From NCBI RefSeq assembly GCF_001677475.2, contig NZ_CP015229.1: a stretch of 64,000 nucleotides of DNA; one strand, 5' to 3'. How positions within the stretch are numbered: the stretch's first letter is position 1; each line of letters starts with the position of its first letter. Origin of the DNA: Escherichia coli (lineage in GTDB: Bacteria; Pseudomonadota; Gammaproteobacteria; Enterobacterales; Enterobacteriaceae). Shown here one piece after another: positions 54,048-64,000 of the stretch. A program made the position numbers and the translations under genes. A model generated the notes under the pieces. That model did not search any database and was not told the DNA's origin. It worked only from the letters and a program-made list of their open reading frames with translations.

Positions 54048-54230
54048 TAAAAACCACACATCAAGTATGGTCGCAAATGGATTTTATTGTTTTACATCAA
54101 CTTATGCAGGTGTGAATTTTTACCAATTTACATTTTTTTGCACTCGTTTAAGTCTAAAAAATGAGCATGATTTTGTTCTGTAGAAAGAAGCAGTTAAGCT
54201 AGGCGGATTGAAGATTCGCGGGAGAGCGAG

Positions 54231-54920
54231 ATGGCAAACGAATTAACCTGGCATGACGTGCTGGCTGAAGAGAAGCAACAACCCTATTTTCTTAATACCC
54301 TACAGACCGTCGCCAGCGAGCGGCAGTCCGGCGTCACTATCTATCCGCCACAAAAGGATGTCTTTAACGCGTTCCGCTTTACAGAGTTGGGTGACGTTAA
54401 AGTGGTGATTCTCGGCCAGGATCCTTATCACGGACCGGGACAGGCGCATGGTCTGGCATTTTCCGTTCGCCCCGGCATTGCGACACCGCCGTCACTGCTG
54501 AATATGTATAAAGAGCTGGAAAATACTATTCCCGGTTTCACCCGCCCTAATCATGGTTATCTTGAAAGCTGGGCGCGTCAGGGCGTTCTGCTACTCAATA
54601 CTGTGTTGACGGTTCGCGCAGGTCAGGCGCATTCCCACGCTAGCCTCGGCTGGGAGACCTTCACCGATACAGTCATCAGCCTGATCAACCAGCATCGCGA
54701 AGGCGTGGTGTTTTTGTTGTGGGGATCACATGCACAGAAGAAAGGGGCGATTATAGATAAGCAACGCCATCATGTACTGAAAGCACCGCATCCGTCACCG
54801 CTTTCGGCGCATCGTGGATTCTTTGGCTGTAACCATTTTGTGCTGGCAAATCAGTGGCTGGAACAACATGGCGAGACGCCGATTGACTGGATGCCAGTAT
54901 TACCGGCAGAGAGTGAGTAA
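54231..54920 (+). CDS. ung: Uracil-DNA glycosylase
   Basis: 229 aa; GQDPYH and HPSPLSA motifs. Confidence 0.95.
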   Translation: MANELTWHDVLAEEKQQPYFLNTLQTVASERQSGVTIYPPQKDVFNAFRFTELGDVKVVILGQDPYHGPGQAHGLAFSVRPGIATPPSLLNMYKELENTIPGFTRPNHGYLESWARQGVLLLNTVLTVRAGQAHSHASLGWETFTDTVISLINQHREGVVFLLWGSHAQKKGAIIDKQRHHVLKAPHPSPLSAHRGFFGCNHFVLANQWLEQHGETPIDWMPVLPAESE

Positions 54921-54967
54921 ATTTGCGGGAAAACGCCGGATGGCAGAGTTACCACCCGGCTGATTTA

Positions 54968-56005
54968 TCAGGCTTTATTCTGACGCCACCATTCACCAAG
55001 TAAAACGCCGGTTGCGACAGAGATATTTAGCCCGGCAACGTTGCCAGTACCGTCAATCTTCACGCGCAAATCGTTCGGATCGCGTGCGGCATCCGGTAAC
55101 CCTTCATATTCCTGACCCAGCACCAGTACCATTTTCGCTGGCAGACTGGTTTTGAACAGCGGTTTCCCCTGCTCGCTGGAAGTGGTCACTACGGTGTAAC
55201 CTGCCTGACGGAAATCATCCAGCACGTTAACAATGTTGTCGCCAGTAATCGGCTGAACGTGCTCTGCGCCGCCTTCTGCGGTACGGATAGCCGCCCCCGA
55301 CTCCAGCAGTGCCGCATCCTGCACCACAACGCCTTTCACGCCGAAGTGCGCGCAGCTGCGCATCATGCCACCCAGGTTATGCGGGTTAGATTCGTTTTCC
55401 AGCGCCAGTACACAATCCTGCGCGCCTGCCTGGCTTACCCACTGCTGTACGGTTGTGCCGTTACGCTTTTTGATCAGGAAGCAAACACCACCGTGATGTT
55501 CCGTGCCTGACGCTTTTGTCAGTTCCGCTTCATCTACCACATGGTACGCTTTGCGGTTTGCCGCCATCCAGCGCAATGCTTCTTTAAAACGTGGCGTTAC
55601 GCTCTGGATAAACCAGGCGCGAACAATCGCTTCCGGACGGCTCTGGAACAGTGCCTGACATGCATTTTCGCCGTAAACGCGGGTTTCTTCCGCACGCTGA
55701 CGACGCAACACTTCCGGATCAATAAAACTTTTACCACTGATGCCACCGTGATCGGCCTTTTCCGGCGTCTCATCACCCGGCGCGCGGGAAACCGTGCGCC
55801 ACGGCGAATCTTCCCACTTGCGGTCACGGGGCTGACTCTGTTTGTCATCGCGGGCGGGGCGACGGCCACCGTCAGCACGAGATTTTCCTGGACGCCCGCC
55901 CCCTTTCCCGGTACGCGGGTTGTGGGTACGTTTATCAGAATCATCATCACTGCGGACATACATCACTTTGACCTTGCCGCTTTTACCTTTCATTTCATCG
56001 TTCAT
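54968..56005 (-). CDS. yfiF: SpoU/TrmH-family RNA 2'-O-methyltransferase with basic N-terminal extension (YfiF)
   Basis: ORF trimmed to [14 protein letters not shown]... (345 aa); N-terminal Arg/Lys/Gly/Asp-rich low-complexity region followed by a SpoU methylase domain. Confidence 0.8.
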
Positions 56006-56211
56006 GCTTTTCTCCACCAGCGCTGCGCGAAGCGCGCAGATTACCCGAAGTCCGCGCGGTTCGCCATGATTTCGTACCAAAGCCTGCGACTATCATACCT
56101 ATTGAATAAAACAGATTGTTGTCTGGAACAATGTCCCCGATAATATGTAACATATTAGAAACATACCGGCGTCGTTGCCGATAAGTCTCCTTACTCATCC
56201 CGAGGTTAGTT

Positions 56212-56631
56212 ATGAATACCGTTTGTACCCATTGTCAGGCCATCAATCGCATTCCCGACGATCGGATCGAAGATGCGGCAAAATGCGGACGCTGCGGTCA
56301 CGACTTGTTTGACGGAGAGGTGATTAATGCGACCGGTGAAACGCTCGACAAATTGCTGAAAGATGATCTACCAGTGGTGATCGACTTCTGGGCACCGTGG
56401 TGCGGCCCCTGCCGTAATTTCGCACCAATTTTTGAAGATGTCGCGCAAGAGCGTAGCGGTAAAGTGCGCTTTGTGAAAGTGAATACCGAAGCTGAACGTG
56501 AATTGAGCAGTCGCTTTGGAATTCGTAGTATACCGACGATCATGATTTTCAAAAACGGTCAGGTTGTCGACATGCTTAATGGCGCAGTACCGAAAGCGCC
56601 GTTCGACAGCTGGCTGAACGAATCTCTTTAA
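56212..56631 (+). CDS. trxC: Thioredoxin 2
   Basis: 139 aa; N-terminal CxxC...CxxC zinc finger and WCGPC active site. Confidence 0.93.
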
Positions 56632-56638
56632 TCTTACC

Positions 56639-56664
56639 GGGGCGCATCTTGTGCCCCGTTTTCT
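56639..56664 (+). terminator. Rho-independent terminator of trxC
   Basis: GGGGCGCA-TCTT-GTGCCCC followed by GTTTTCT. Confidence 0.6.
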
Positions 56665-56699
56665 CCTCTGCGACAATGGCGTTTTTTCGACGCTCTCTT

Positions 56700-57398
56700 A
56701 TGACCGAAAATGCTGTTCTCCAGTTACGCGCCGAGCGTATTGCGCGCGCAACACGTCCTTTTCTTGCCCGCGGTAATCGCGTTCGTCGCTGCCAACGCTG
56801 CCTTTTACCAGAGAAATTATGTCTCTGTTCGACAATTACCCCAGCACAAGCAAAAAGTCGCTTCTGTTTGCTGATGTTCGACACCGAGCCAATGAAGCCC
56901 AGTAATACCGGGCGTCTGATTGCTGATATTTTGCCTGATACCGTTGCGTTTCAATGGTCGCGTACCGAACCCTCGCTAGATTTGCTGGATCTGGTACAAA
57001 ACCCGGACTATCAGCCAATGGTGGTCTTTCCCGCCTCGTATGCTGATGAGCAACGGGAAGTGATCTTCACACCACCTGCCGGTAAGCCTCCGCTATTTAT
57101 CATGCTCGATGGTACCTGGCCTGAAGCTCGCAAGATGTTTCGTAAAAGTCCGTATCTGGATAATCTTCCCGTCATTTCCATCGATCTTTCCCGGCTTTCT
57201 GCCTATCGCCTGCGTGAAGCCCAGGCTGAAGGCCAATATTGTACTGCCGAGGTAGCCATCGCACTGTTAGATATGGCCGGCGATACTGGGGCGGCGGCAG
57301 GTTTAGGCGAGCACTTCACCCGCTTTAAAACGCGCTATCTGGCAGGAAAAACGCAACATCTGGGTAGCATCACAGCAGAACAGTTAGAAAGCGTTTAA
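56700..57398 (+). CDS. tapT: DTW-domain protein YfiP (tRNA-uridine aminocarboxypropyltransferase TapT)
   Basis: ORF trimmed to MTENAVLQLRAE... (232 aa); CQRCLLPEKLCLC Cys cluster and DGTW motif. Confidence 0.8.
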   Translation: MTENAVLQLRAERIARATRPFLARGNRVRRCQRCLLPEKLCLCSTITPAQAKSRFCLLMFDTEPMKPSNTGRLIADILPDTVAFQWSRTEPSLDLLDLVQNPDYQPMVVFPASYADEQREVIFTPPAGKPPLFIMLDGTWPEARKMFRKSPYLDNLPVISIDLSRLSAYRLREAQAEGQYCTAEVAIALLDMAGDTGAAAGLGEHFTRFKTRYLAGKTQHLGSITAEQLESV

Positions 57399-57429
57399 AA
57401 TCATTCGGTCACTTCTGCGGGAGACCGGT

Positions 57430-60090
57430 ATGAGTCAGCGAGGACTGGAAGCATTACTGCGACCAAAATCGATTGCGGTAATTGGCGCATCGATGAAACC
57501 CAATCGCGCAGGTTACCTGATGATGCGTAACCTGCTGGCGGGAGGCTTTAACGGACCGGTACTCCCGGTGACGCCAGCCTGGAAAGCGGTGTTGGGTGTG
57601 TTGGCCTGGCCGGATATTGCCAGCTTGCCCTTTACACCCGACCTTGCGGTTTTATGTACCAATGCCAGCCGTAATCTTGCTCTTCTGGAAGAGCTCGGCG
57701 AGAAAGGCTGTAAAACCTGCATTATTCTTTCCGCCCCGGCATCGCAACACGAAGATCTCCGCGCCTGCGCCCTGCGCCATAACATGCGCCTGCTAGGACC
57801 AAACAGTCTGGGCTTACTGGCTCCCTGGCAGGGTCTGAATGCCAGCTTTTCGCCTGTGCCGATTAAACGCGGCAAACTGGCGTTTATTTCGCAATCGGCT
57901 GCCGTCTCCAACACCATCCTCGACTGGGCGCAACAGCGTGAGATGGGCTTTTCCTACTTTATTGCGCTCGGCGACAGCCTGGATATCGACGTTGATGAAT
58001 TGCTCGACTATCTGGCGCGCGACAGTAAAACCAGCGCCATCCTGCTCTATCTCGAACAGTTAAGCGACGCGCGACGCTTTGTTTCGGCGGCCCGTAGTGC
58101 CTCTCGCAATAAACCGATTCTGGTGATTAAAAGCGGACGTAGCCCGGCGGCTCAACGTCTGTTGAACACCACGGCAGGAATGGATCCGGCGTGGGATGCA
58201 GCTATTCAGCGTGCCGGTTTGTTGCGGGTACAGGATACTCACGAGCTGTTTTCGGCGGTGGAAACCCTCAGCCATATGCGCCCGCTGCGTGGCGACCGGC
58301 TGATGATTATCAGCAACGGTGCTGCGCCTGCCGCGCTGGCGCTGGATGCCTTATGGTCACGCAATGGCAAGCTGGCAACGCTAAGCGAAGAAACCTGCCA
58401 GAAACTGCGCGATGCACTGCCAGAACATGTGGCAATCTCTAACCCGCTCGATCTACGCGATGACGCCAGCAGTGAGCACTATATTAAAACGCTGGATATT
58501 CTGCTCCACAGCCAGGATTTTGACGCGCTGATGGTTATTCATTCGCCCAGCGCCGCAGCGCCCGCAACAGAAAGTGCGCAAGCATTAATTGAAGCGGTAA
58601 AGCATCATCCCCGCAGCAAGTATGTTTCTCTACTGACGAACTGGTGCGGCGAGCACTCCTCGCAAGAGGCACGACGATTATTCAGTGAAGCCGGGCTGCC
58701 GACCTATCGCACGCCGGAAGGAACCATCACTGCTTTTATGCATATGGTGGAGTACCGGCGTAATCAGAAGCAACTACGCGAAACGCCGGCGTTGCCCAGC
58801 AATCTGACCTCTAATACCGCAGAAGCGCATCTTCTGTTGCAACAGGCGATTGCCGAAGGGGCTACGTCGCTCGATACCCATGAAGTTCAGCCCATCCTGC
58901 AAGCGTATGGCATGAACACGCTCCCCACCTGGATTGCCAGCGATAGCACCGAAGCGGTGCATATTGCCGAACAGATTGGTTATCCGGTGGCGCTGAAATT
59001 GCGTTCGCCGGATATTCCACATAAATCGGAAGTTCAGGGCGTCATGCTCTACCTGCGTACAGCCAATGAAGTCCAGCAAGCGGCAAACGCCATTTTCGAT
59101 CGCGTAAAAATGGCCTGGCCGCAGGCGCGGGTCCACGGCCTGTTGGTGCAAAGTATGGCTAACCGTGCTGGCGCTCAGGAGTTGCGGGTTGTGGTTGAGC
59201 ACGATCCGGTTTTCGGGCCGTTGATCATGCTGGGCGAAGGCGGTGTGGAGTGGCGTCCTGAAGATCAAGCCGTCGTCGCGTTACCACCGCTGAACATGAA
59301 CCTGGCCCGCTATCTGGTTATTCAGGGGATCAAAAGTAAAAAGATTCGTGCGCGCAGTGCGCTACGCCCCTTGGATGTTGCAGGCTTGAGCCAGCTTCTG
59401 GTACAGGTTTCCAACTTGATTGTCGATTGTCCGGAAATTCAACGGCTGGATATTCATCCTTTGCTGGCTTCTGGCAGTGAATTTACCGCGCTGGATGTCA
59501 CGCTGGATATCGCGCCGTTTGAAGGTGATAACGAGAGCCGGCTGGCTGTGCGCCCTTATCCGCATCAGCTGGAAGAATGGGTAGAATTGAAAAACGGTGA
59601 ACGCTGCTTGTTCCGCCCGATTTTGCCAGAAGATGAGCCACAGCTTCAGCAATTCATTTCGCGAGTCACCAAAGAAGATCTTTATTACCGCTACTTTAGC
59701 GAGATCAACGAATTTACCCATGAAGATTTAGCCAACATGACGCAGATCGACTACGATCGGGAAATGGCTTTTGTGGCGGTACGACGTATTGATCAAACGG
59801 AAGAGATCCTCGGCGTCACGCGTGCGATTTCCGATCCTGATAACATCGATGCCGAATTTGCTGTACTGGTTCGCTCGGATCTCAAAGGGTTAGGCTTAGG
59901 TCGACGCTTAATGGAAAAGTTGATTACCTATACGCGAGATCACGGACTACAACGTCTGAATGGTATTACGATGCCAAACAATCGTGGCATGGTGGCGCTA
60001 GCCCGCAAGCTCGGGTTTAACGTTGATATCCAGCTCGAAGAGGGGATCGTTGGGCTTACGCTAAATCTTGCCCAGCGCGAGGAATCATGA
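57430..60090 (+). CDS. patZ: Protein lysine acetyltransferase PatZ/Pka (YfiQ)
   Basis: 886 aa; N-terminal NDP-forming acyl-CoA synthetase-like region fused to a C-terminal GNAT domain. Confidence 0.9.
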   Translation: MSQRGLEALLRPKSIAVIGASMKPNRAGYLMMRNLLAGGFNGPVLPVTPAWKAVLGVLAWPDIASLPFTPDLAVLCTNASRNLALLEELGEKGCKTCIILSAPASQHEDLRACALRHNMRLLGPNSLGLLAPWQGLNASFSPVPIKRGKLAFISQSAAVSNTILDWAQQREMGFSYFIALGDSLDIDVDELLDYLARDSKTSAILLYLEQLSDARRFVSAARSASRNKPILVIKSGRSPAAQRLLNTTAGMDPAWDAAIQRAGLLRVQDTHELFSAVETLSHMRPLRGDRLMIISNGAAPAALALDALWSRNGKLATLSEETCQKLRDALPEHVAISNPLDLRDDASSEHYIKTLDILLHSQDFDALMVIHSPSAAAPATESAQALIEAVKHHPRSKYVSLLTNWCGEHSSQEARRLFSEAGLPTYRTPEGTITAFMHMVEYRRNQKQLRETPALPSNLTSNTAEAHLLLQQAIAEGATSLDTHEVQPILQAYGMNTLPTWIASDSTEAVHIAEQIGYPVALKLRSPDIPHKSEVQGVMLYLRTANEVQQAANAIFDRVKMAWPQARVHGLLVQSMANRAGAQELRVVVEHDPVFGPLIMLGEGGVEWRPEDQAVVALPPLNMNLARYLVIQGIKSKKIRARSALRPLDVAGLSQLLVQVSNLIVDCPEIQRLDIHPLLASGSEFTALDVTLDIAPFEGDNESRLAVRPYPHQLEEWVELKNGERCLFRPILPEDEPQLQQFISRVTKEDLYYRYFSEINEFTHEDLANMTQIDYDREMAFVAVRRIDQTEEILGVTRAISDPDNIDAEFAVLVRSDLKGLGLGRRLMEKLITYTRDHGLQRLNGITMPNNRGMVALARKLGFNVDIQLEEGIVGLTLNLAQREES

Positions 60091-60203
60091 GTAAGGTACT
60101 GGAAATGTTGACCACTTAATCGGGACTGGTGTTATTATTGCCCGCTTATGTCGTCTGCATTGCACAGAGGACCCTTCAATGAACAGAGAAGAAATGCACT
60201 GTG

Positions 60204-61559
60204 ATGTTGTCAAAATTTAAGCGTAATAAACATCAACAACACCTTGCCCAACTACCCAAGATTTCTCAATCAGTTGATGATGTCGATTTCTTTTACGCTC
60301 CCGCCGACTTCCGGGAGACGCTGCTGGAAAAAATAGCCAGCGCGAAGCAGCGCATTTGCATTGTCGCCCTGTATCTCGAACAGGATGACGGTGGCAAAGG
60401 CATTCTGAACGCGTTGTATGAGGCTAAAAGGCAGCGTCCGGAACTGGATGTGCGGGTGCTGGTCGACTGGCATCGTGCACAACGTGGACGCATTGGCGCT
60501 GCGGCATCTAACACTAACGCTGACTGGTACTGCCGCATGGCGCAGGAAAATCCGGGCGTAGATGTTCCGGTTTATGGCGTTCCAATCAATACCCGTGAAG
60601 CTCTTGGTGTTCTGCACTTTAAAGGCTTTATCATCGACGATAGCGTACTTTATAGCGGTGCCAGCCTGAACGATGTTTACCTGCATCAGCACGATAAATA
60701 TCGCTACGACCGTTATCATCTGATCCGTAACCGTAAGATGTCAGACATTATGTTTGAATGGGTTACACAGAATATTATGAATGGCCGCGGCGTTAATCGT
60801 CTGGATGATGTTAATCGGCCAAAAAGCCCGGAAATCAAGAACGATATTCGTCTGTTCCGCCAGGAGCTGCGTGATGCCGCTTATCATTTCCAGGGCGATG
60901 CCGACAACGATCAGCTTTCCGTAACGCCGCTAGTGGGGCTGGGGAAATCGAGTCTGTTGAACAAGACCATTTTCCATCTTATGCCTTGTGCCGAGCAGAA
61001 ACTAACCATCTGCACACCATATTTCAACCTGCCTGCAATCCTTGTGCGCAATATCATCCAGTTGCTGCGCGAAGGGAAAAAGGTCGAAATTATTGTTGGT
61101 GATAAAACCGCGAACGACTTCTACATTCCGGAAGATGAACCTTTCAAGATAATTGGCGCATTGCCTTATCTCTATGAGATCAATCTGCGTCGTTTCCTGA
61201 GCCGTTTGCAGTATTACGTCAATACTGACCAGCTAGTGGTTCGGTTATGGAAAGATGACGACAACACCTATCACCTGAAAGGGATGTGGGTTGATGATAA
61301 GTGGATGTTGATCACCGGTAATAACCTGAACCCGCGCGCCTGGCGTCTGGATCTGGAAAACGCCATTTTGATCCACGATCCGCAACTTGAGCTTGCACCA
61401 CAGCGAGAGAAAGAACTGGAGCTGATCCGCGAGCATACCACCATCGTTAAGCACTATCGCGATCTGCAAAGTATTGCCGATTATCCGGTGAAGGTTCGTA
61501 AACTCATCCGCCGTTTGCGCCGTATCCGCATCGACCGATTAATTAGCCGCATCCTGTAA
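60204..61559 (+). CDS. pssA: CDP-diacylglycerol--serine O-phosphatidyltransferase
   Basis: 451 aa from the ATG at 60204 (track ORF begins at an upstream in-frame GTG); two PLD-type HKD motifs. Confidence 0.92.
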   Translation: MLSKFKRNKHQQHLAQLPKISQSVDDVDFFYAPADFRETLLEKIASAKQRICIVALYLEQDDGGKGILNALYEAKRQRPELDVRVLVDWHRAQRGRIGAAASNTNADWYCRMAQENPGVDVPVYGVPINTREALGVLHFKGFIIDDSVLYSGASLNDVYLHQHDKYRYDRYHLIRNRKMSDIMFEWVTQNIMNGRGVNRLDDVNRPKSPEIKNDIRLFRQELRDAAYHFQGDADNDQLSVTPLVGLGKSSLLNKTIFHLMPCAEQKLTICTPYFNLPAILVRNIIQLLREGKKVEIIVGDKTANDFYIPEDEPFKIIGALPYLYEINLRRFLSRLQYYVNTDQLVVRLWKDDDNTYHLKGMWVDDKWMLITGNNLNPRAWRLDLENAILIHDPQLELAPQREKELELIREHTTIVKHYRDLQSIADYPVKVRKLIRRLRRIRIDRLISRIL

Positions 61560-61563
61560 TCAC

Positions 61564-61592
61564 AACCCCGTCCTGTACGGGGTTTGTTTTTT
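61564..61592 (+). terminator. Rho-independent terminator of pssA
   Basis: AACCCCGTCCTGTACGGGGTT followed by TGTTTTTT. Confidence 0.7.
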
Positions 61593-61604
61593 GGAGGCCA
61601 CGTT

Positions 61605-61928
61605 TTGCGTATTCTTTTTGTCTGTTCGATATTGTTACTTTCTGGATGCAGCCATATGGCTAACGATAGCTGGAGCGGGCAGGATAAAGCTCAACACTTT
61701 ATCGCTTCGGCGATGCTTTCCGCCGCCGGAAATGAATATTCACAGCATCAGGGGATGAGCCGGGATCGCAGTGCCATGTTTGGAATGATGTTCTCTATCA
61801 GTCTGGGGGCGTCAAAAGAGCTTTGGGATAGCCGCCCGGAAGGGAGCGGCTGGAGCTGGAAGGATTTGGCCTGGGATGTCGCCGGTGCAACTACTGGCTA
61901 TACCGTCTGGCAGTTGGCGCATAATTAA
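61605..61928 (+). CDS. yfiM: Lipoprotein YfiM
   Basis: Signal peptide with lipobox LLSGC; start placed at the TTG 7 nt after GGAGG (107 aa). Start uncertain; the track ORF begins at 61584. Confidence 0.7.
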   Translation: MRILFVCSILLLSGCSHMANDSWSGQDKAQHFIASAMLSAAGNEYSQHQGMSRDRSAMFGMMFSISLGASKELWDSRPEGSGWSWKDLAWDVAGATTGYTVWQLAHN

Positions 61929-63223
61929 AGGCGCATCCCCTTCCCTTTGCGATGTAGCATCAAAGAAACCAGAAACGCCACCACGGCCATCAAGGTCACA
62001 TACCAGAAGAAGGCTGTTTCCATTCCTATTGATTTCAGCGACAACGCTACATACTCTGCTGAGCCACCAAATATAGCATTGGCGACCGCATATGACAGAC
62101 CAACGCCTAATGCGCGAACCTGTGCCGGGAACATCTCATCCTTCAGTATTCCACTGATTGAAGTATAAAAACTCACTATCAGCAGGGCACACATCACCAG
62201 ACCAAAAGCGGCATAAGGCGAGGAAACGTTTTGCAATGCTGAGAGAATAGGAACGGTAAAAATGGCTGCCAGCGAACCGAAACATAACATTGAGGTACGG
62301 CGACCAATCTTATCCGACAGCGCGCCAATGAGTGGTTGAATAAGCATGAACACAAACAATGCGGCAGTCATAATGCCACTCGCCACGTTGGCATGCATTC
62401 CCGCAGTATTTACCAGATACTTCTGCATATAAGTGGTGAAGGTATAGAAACAAAGGGAGCCCGCAGCGGTAAAACCGAGAACCATGATGAATGCACGGCG
62501 ATTGCGCCATAATCCTTTCAGAGATCCAGCTTCTTTTAAAGCGCGTGTTTCTTGTTGTGAAGTTTCATCTAACTGACGACGTAACCACAATGCCACAACC
62601 GCTAACACAGCTCCTAACGCGAAAGGAATACGCCATCCCCACTCTCTGAGTGCAGCGTCTTCCATGGTGTGTTGTAAAACCACGACAACCAGTAGGGCTA
62701 GCAGTTGTCCGCCGATCAACGTCACATACTGAAATGATGCGTAAAAACCTTTGCGCCCTTCAACGGCAACTTCACTCATATAGGTGGCGCTGGTGCCATA
62801 TTCTCCGCCAACGGATAATCCCTGAAATAAACGCGCGAGAAGCAATAATGCCGGAGCCCACGTACCGATTGTTTCATAACCAGGCAAACAGGCGATTACC
62901 AGTGAGCCGAAACACATCATACACACCGATAGCAGCATCGATTTTTTGCGACCATGTTTATCGGCTATGCGGCCAAATAGCCAACCGCCTATTGGGCGCA
63001 TCAGGAATCCCGCAGCAAAAACACCTGCTGTTTGCAGTAGTTGAGTCGTCGTGTTCCCGGAAGGGAAGAAGATGTGGGCGAAGTAGAGTGAACAGAACGA
63101 GTAGACATAGAAATCGAACCACTCGACCAGATTACCTGAAGAGGCCCCCACAATTGCCCAAATGCGGCGACGAGTATCACTACTTGTCAGTTTGCTGTCT
63201 GCCGTTACAGTACTTTCAGCCAT
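61925..63223 (-). CDS. kgtP: Alpha-ketoglutarate:H+ symporter (MFS)
   Basis: ORF trimmed to [16 protein letters not shown]... (432 aa); 12-TM MFS transporter. Confidence 0.92.
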   Translation of the reverse strand: MAESTVTADSKLTSSDTRRRIWAIVGASSGNLVEWFDFYVYSFCSLYFAHIFFPSGNTTTQLLQTAGVFAAGFLMRPIGGWLFGRIADKHGRKKSMLLSVCMMCFGSLVIACLPGYETIGTWAPALLLLARLFQGLSVGGEYGTSATYMSEVAVEGRKGFYASFQYVTLIGGQLLALLVVVVLQHTMEDAALREWGWRIPFALGAVLAVVALWLRRQLDETSQQETRALKEAGSLKGLWRNRRAFIMVLGFTAAGSLCFYTFTTYMQKYLVNTAGMHANVASGIMTAALFVFMLIQPLIGALSDKIGRRTSMLCFGSLAAIFTVPILSALQNVSSPYAAFGLVMCALLIVSFYTSISGILKDEMFPAQVRALGVGLSYAVANAIFGGSAEYVALSLKSIGMETAFFWYVTLMAVVAFLVSLMLHRKGKGMRL

Positions 63224-63490
63224 GCCATTATGTCTCCTGCCGTAATCCGATGCTTTTGTCGGTCGCTGTTGTTTATTTTTTTTGGTAAAGAAAATGTTAT
63301 ACATTTGTTGCGCATCATTATGCAACCTTAACCATGAATTTAGTTAGCAGGAAAATGGTTATTGAGGATCTTAACGATAGATTTCTGGTAAGGAGGAAGT
63401 ATGGAAGTGGGCAATTTGGGGAAGCCGTATTCGCTGTTGAATCTGGCTTATGTGGGAGTATAAGACGCGCAGCGTCGCATCAGGCATTTT

Positions 63491-63546
63491 TTTCTGCGCC
63501 AATGCAAAAAGGCCCAGTCTTTCGACTGAGCCTTTCGTTTTATTTG
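63491..63546 (-). terminator. Distal rRNA-operon terminator with a 5S 3'-end remnant
   Basis: Minus-strand AACUGCCAGGCAUCAAAUAAAACGAAAGGCUCAGUCGAAAGACUGGGCCUUUUUGCAUU: a copy of the last nucleotides of 5S rRNA plus a T1-like hairpin. Confidence 0.6.
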
Positions 63547-63667
63547 ATGCCTGGCAGTTTATGGCGGGCGTCCTGCCCGCCACCCTCCGGGCCGTTGCTT
63601 CGCAACGTTCAAATCCGCTCCCGGCGGATTTGTCCTACTCAGGAGAGCGTTCACCGACAAACAACAG

Positions 63668-63712
63668 ATAAAACGAAAGGCCCAGTCTTTCGACTGAGCC
63701 TTTCGTTTTATT
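63668..63712 (-). terminator. Proximal rRNA-operon terminator (T1-like)
   Basis: Minus-strand AAAACGAAAGGCUCAGUCGAAAGACUGGGCCUUUCGUUUUAU immediately 3' of the 5S rRNA. Confidence 0.7.
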
Positions 63713-63714
63713 TG

Positions 63715-63834
63715 ATGCCTGGCAGTTCCCTACTCTCGCATGGGGAGACCCCACACTACCATCGGCGCTACGGCGTTTCACTTCTGAGTTCGGCATGGGG
63801 TCAGGTGGGACCACCGCGCTACGGCCGCCAGGCA
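63715..63834 (-). rRNA. rrfG: 5S ribosomal RNA
   Basis: Minus-strand read UGCCUGGCGGCCGUAGCGCGGUGGUCCCACCUGACCCCAUGCCGAACUCAGAAGUGAAACGCCGUAGCGCCGAUGGUAGUGUGGGGUCUCCCCAUGCGAGAGUAGGGAACUGCCAGGCAU is the 120-nt E. coli 5S sequence; operon identity (rrnG) inferred from kgtP adjacency. Confidence 0.9.
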
Positions 63835-63931
63835 AATTCTGTTTTATCAACACGTCATGTTCTGACCTGTCGATTTAATCTGTATCAGGCTGAAAATCTT
63901 CTCTCATCCGCCAAAACAGCTTCGGCGTTGT

Positions 63932-64000
63932 AAGGTTAAGCCTCACGGTTCATTAGTACCGGTTAGCTCAACGCATCGCTGCGCTTACACACCCGGCCTA
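63932..64000 (-). rRNA. rrlG: 23S ribosomal RNA, 3' end (truncated by the window edge)
   Basis: Minus-strand ...UAGGCCGGGUGUGUAAGCGCAGCGAUGCGUUGAGCUAACCGGUACUAAUGAACCGUGAGGCUUAACCUU matches the 23S 3' terminus. Confidence 0.8.

Noticed and set aside
63334-63933. 199-aa plus-strand ORF at the window end
   Set aside because: Spans the rRNA terminators and the 5S rRNA gene; a product of reading through structured RNA, not a coding region.

Overview
This window reads as core Escherichia coli K-12-type chromosome (gene order trmJ-suhB-yfhR-csiE-hcaTR/EFCBD-yphABCDEFGH-glyA-hmp-glnB-glrR-glrP-glrK-glmY-purL-mltF-tadA-pgpC-yfhH-yfhL-shoB/ohsC-acpS-pdxJ-recO-era-rnc-lepB-lepA-rseCBA-rpoE-nadB-trmN6-srmB-yfiE-eamB-grcA-ung-yfiF-trxC-tapT-patZ-pssA-yfiM-kgtP, ending in the 3' end of an rRNA operon). 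Identifications come from reading the supplied ORF translations against known protein families and from motifs read directly in the DNA; no database search was run. Start codons were trimmed from the ORF track to the most plausible initiator. Hand-placed RNA and regulatory sites may be off by 1-2 nt. I see no CRISPR array, IS element, integrase or prophage, and no evidence of a novel defence or mobile system. The least characterised content is the yphA-H cluster, a putative sugar ABC uptake and catabolic module with a 1093-aa TPR protein. The features the ORF track misses are the 26-aa ShoB toxin with its candidate OhsC antisense RNA, the GlmY sRNA with its sigma54 promoter and three TGTC-N10-GACA sites, and the 5S/23S rRNA 3' end with tandem terminators.
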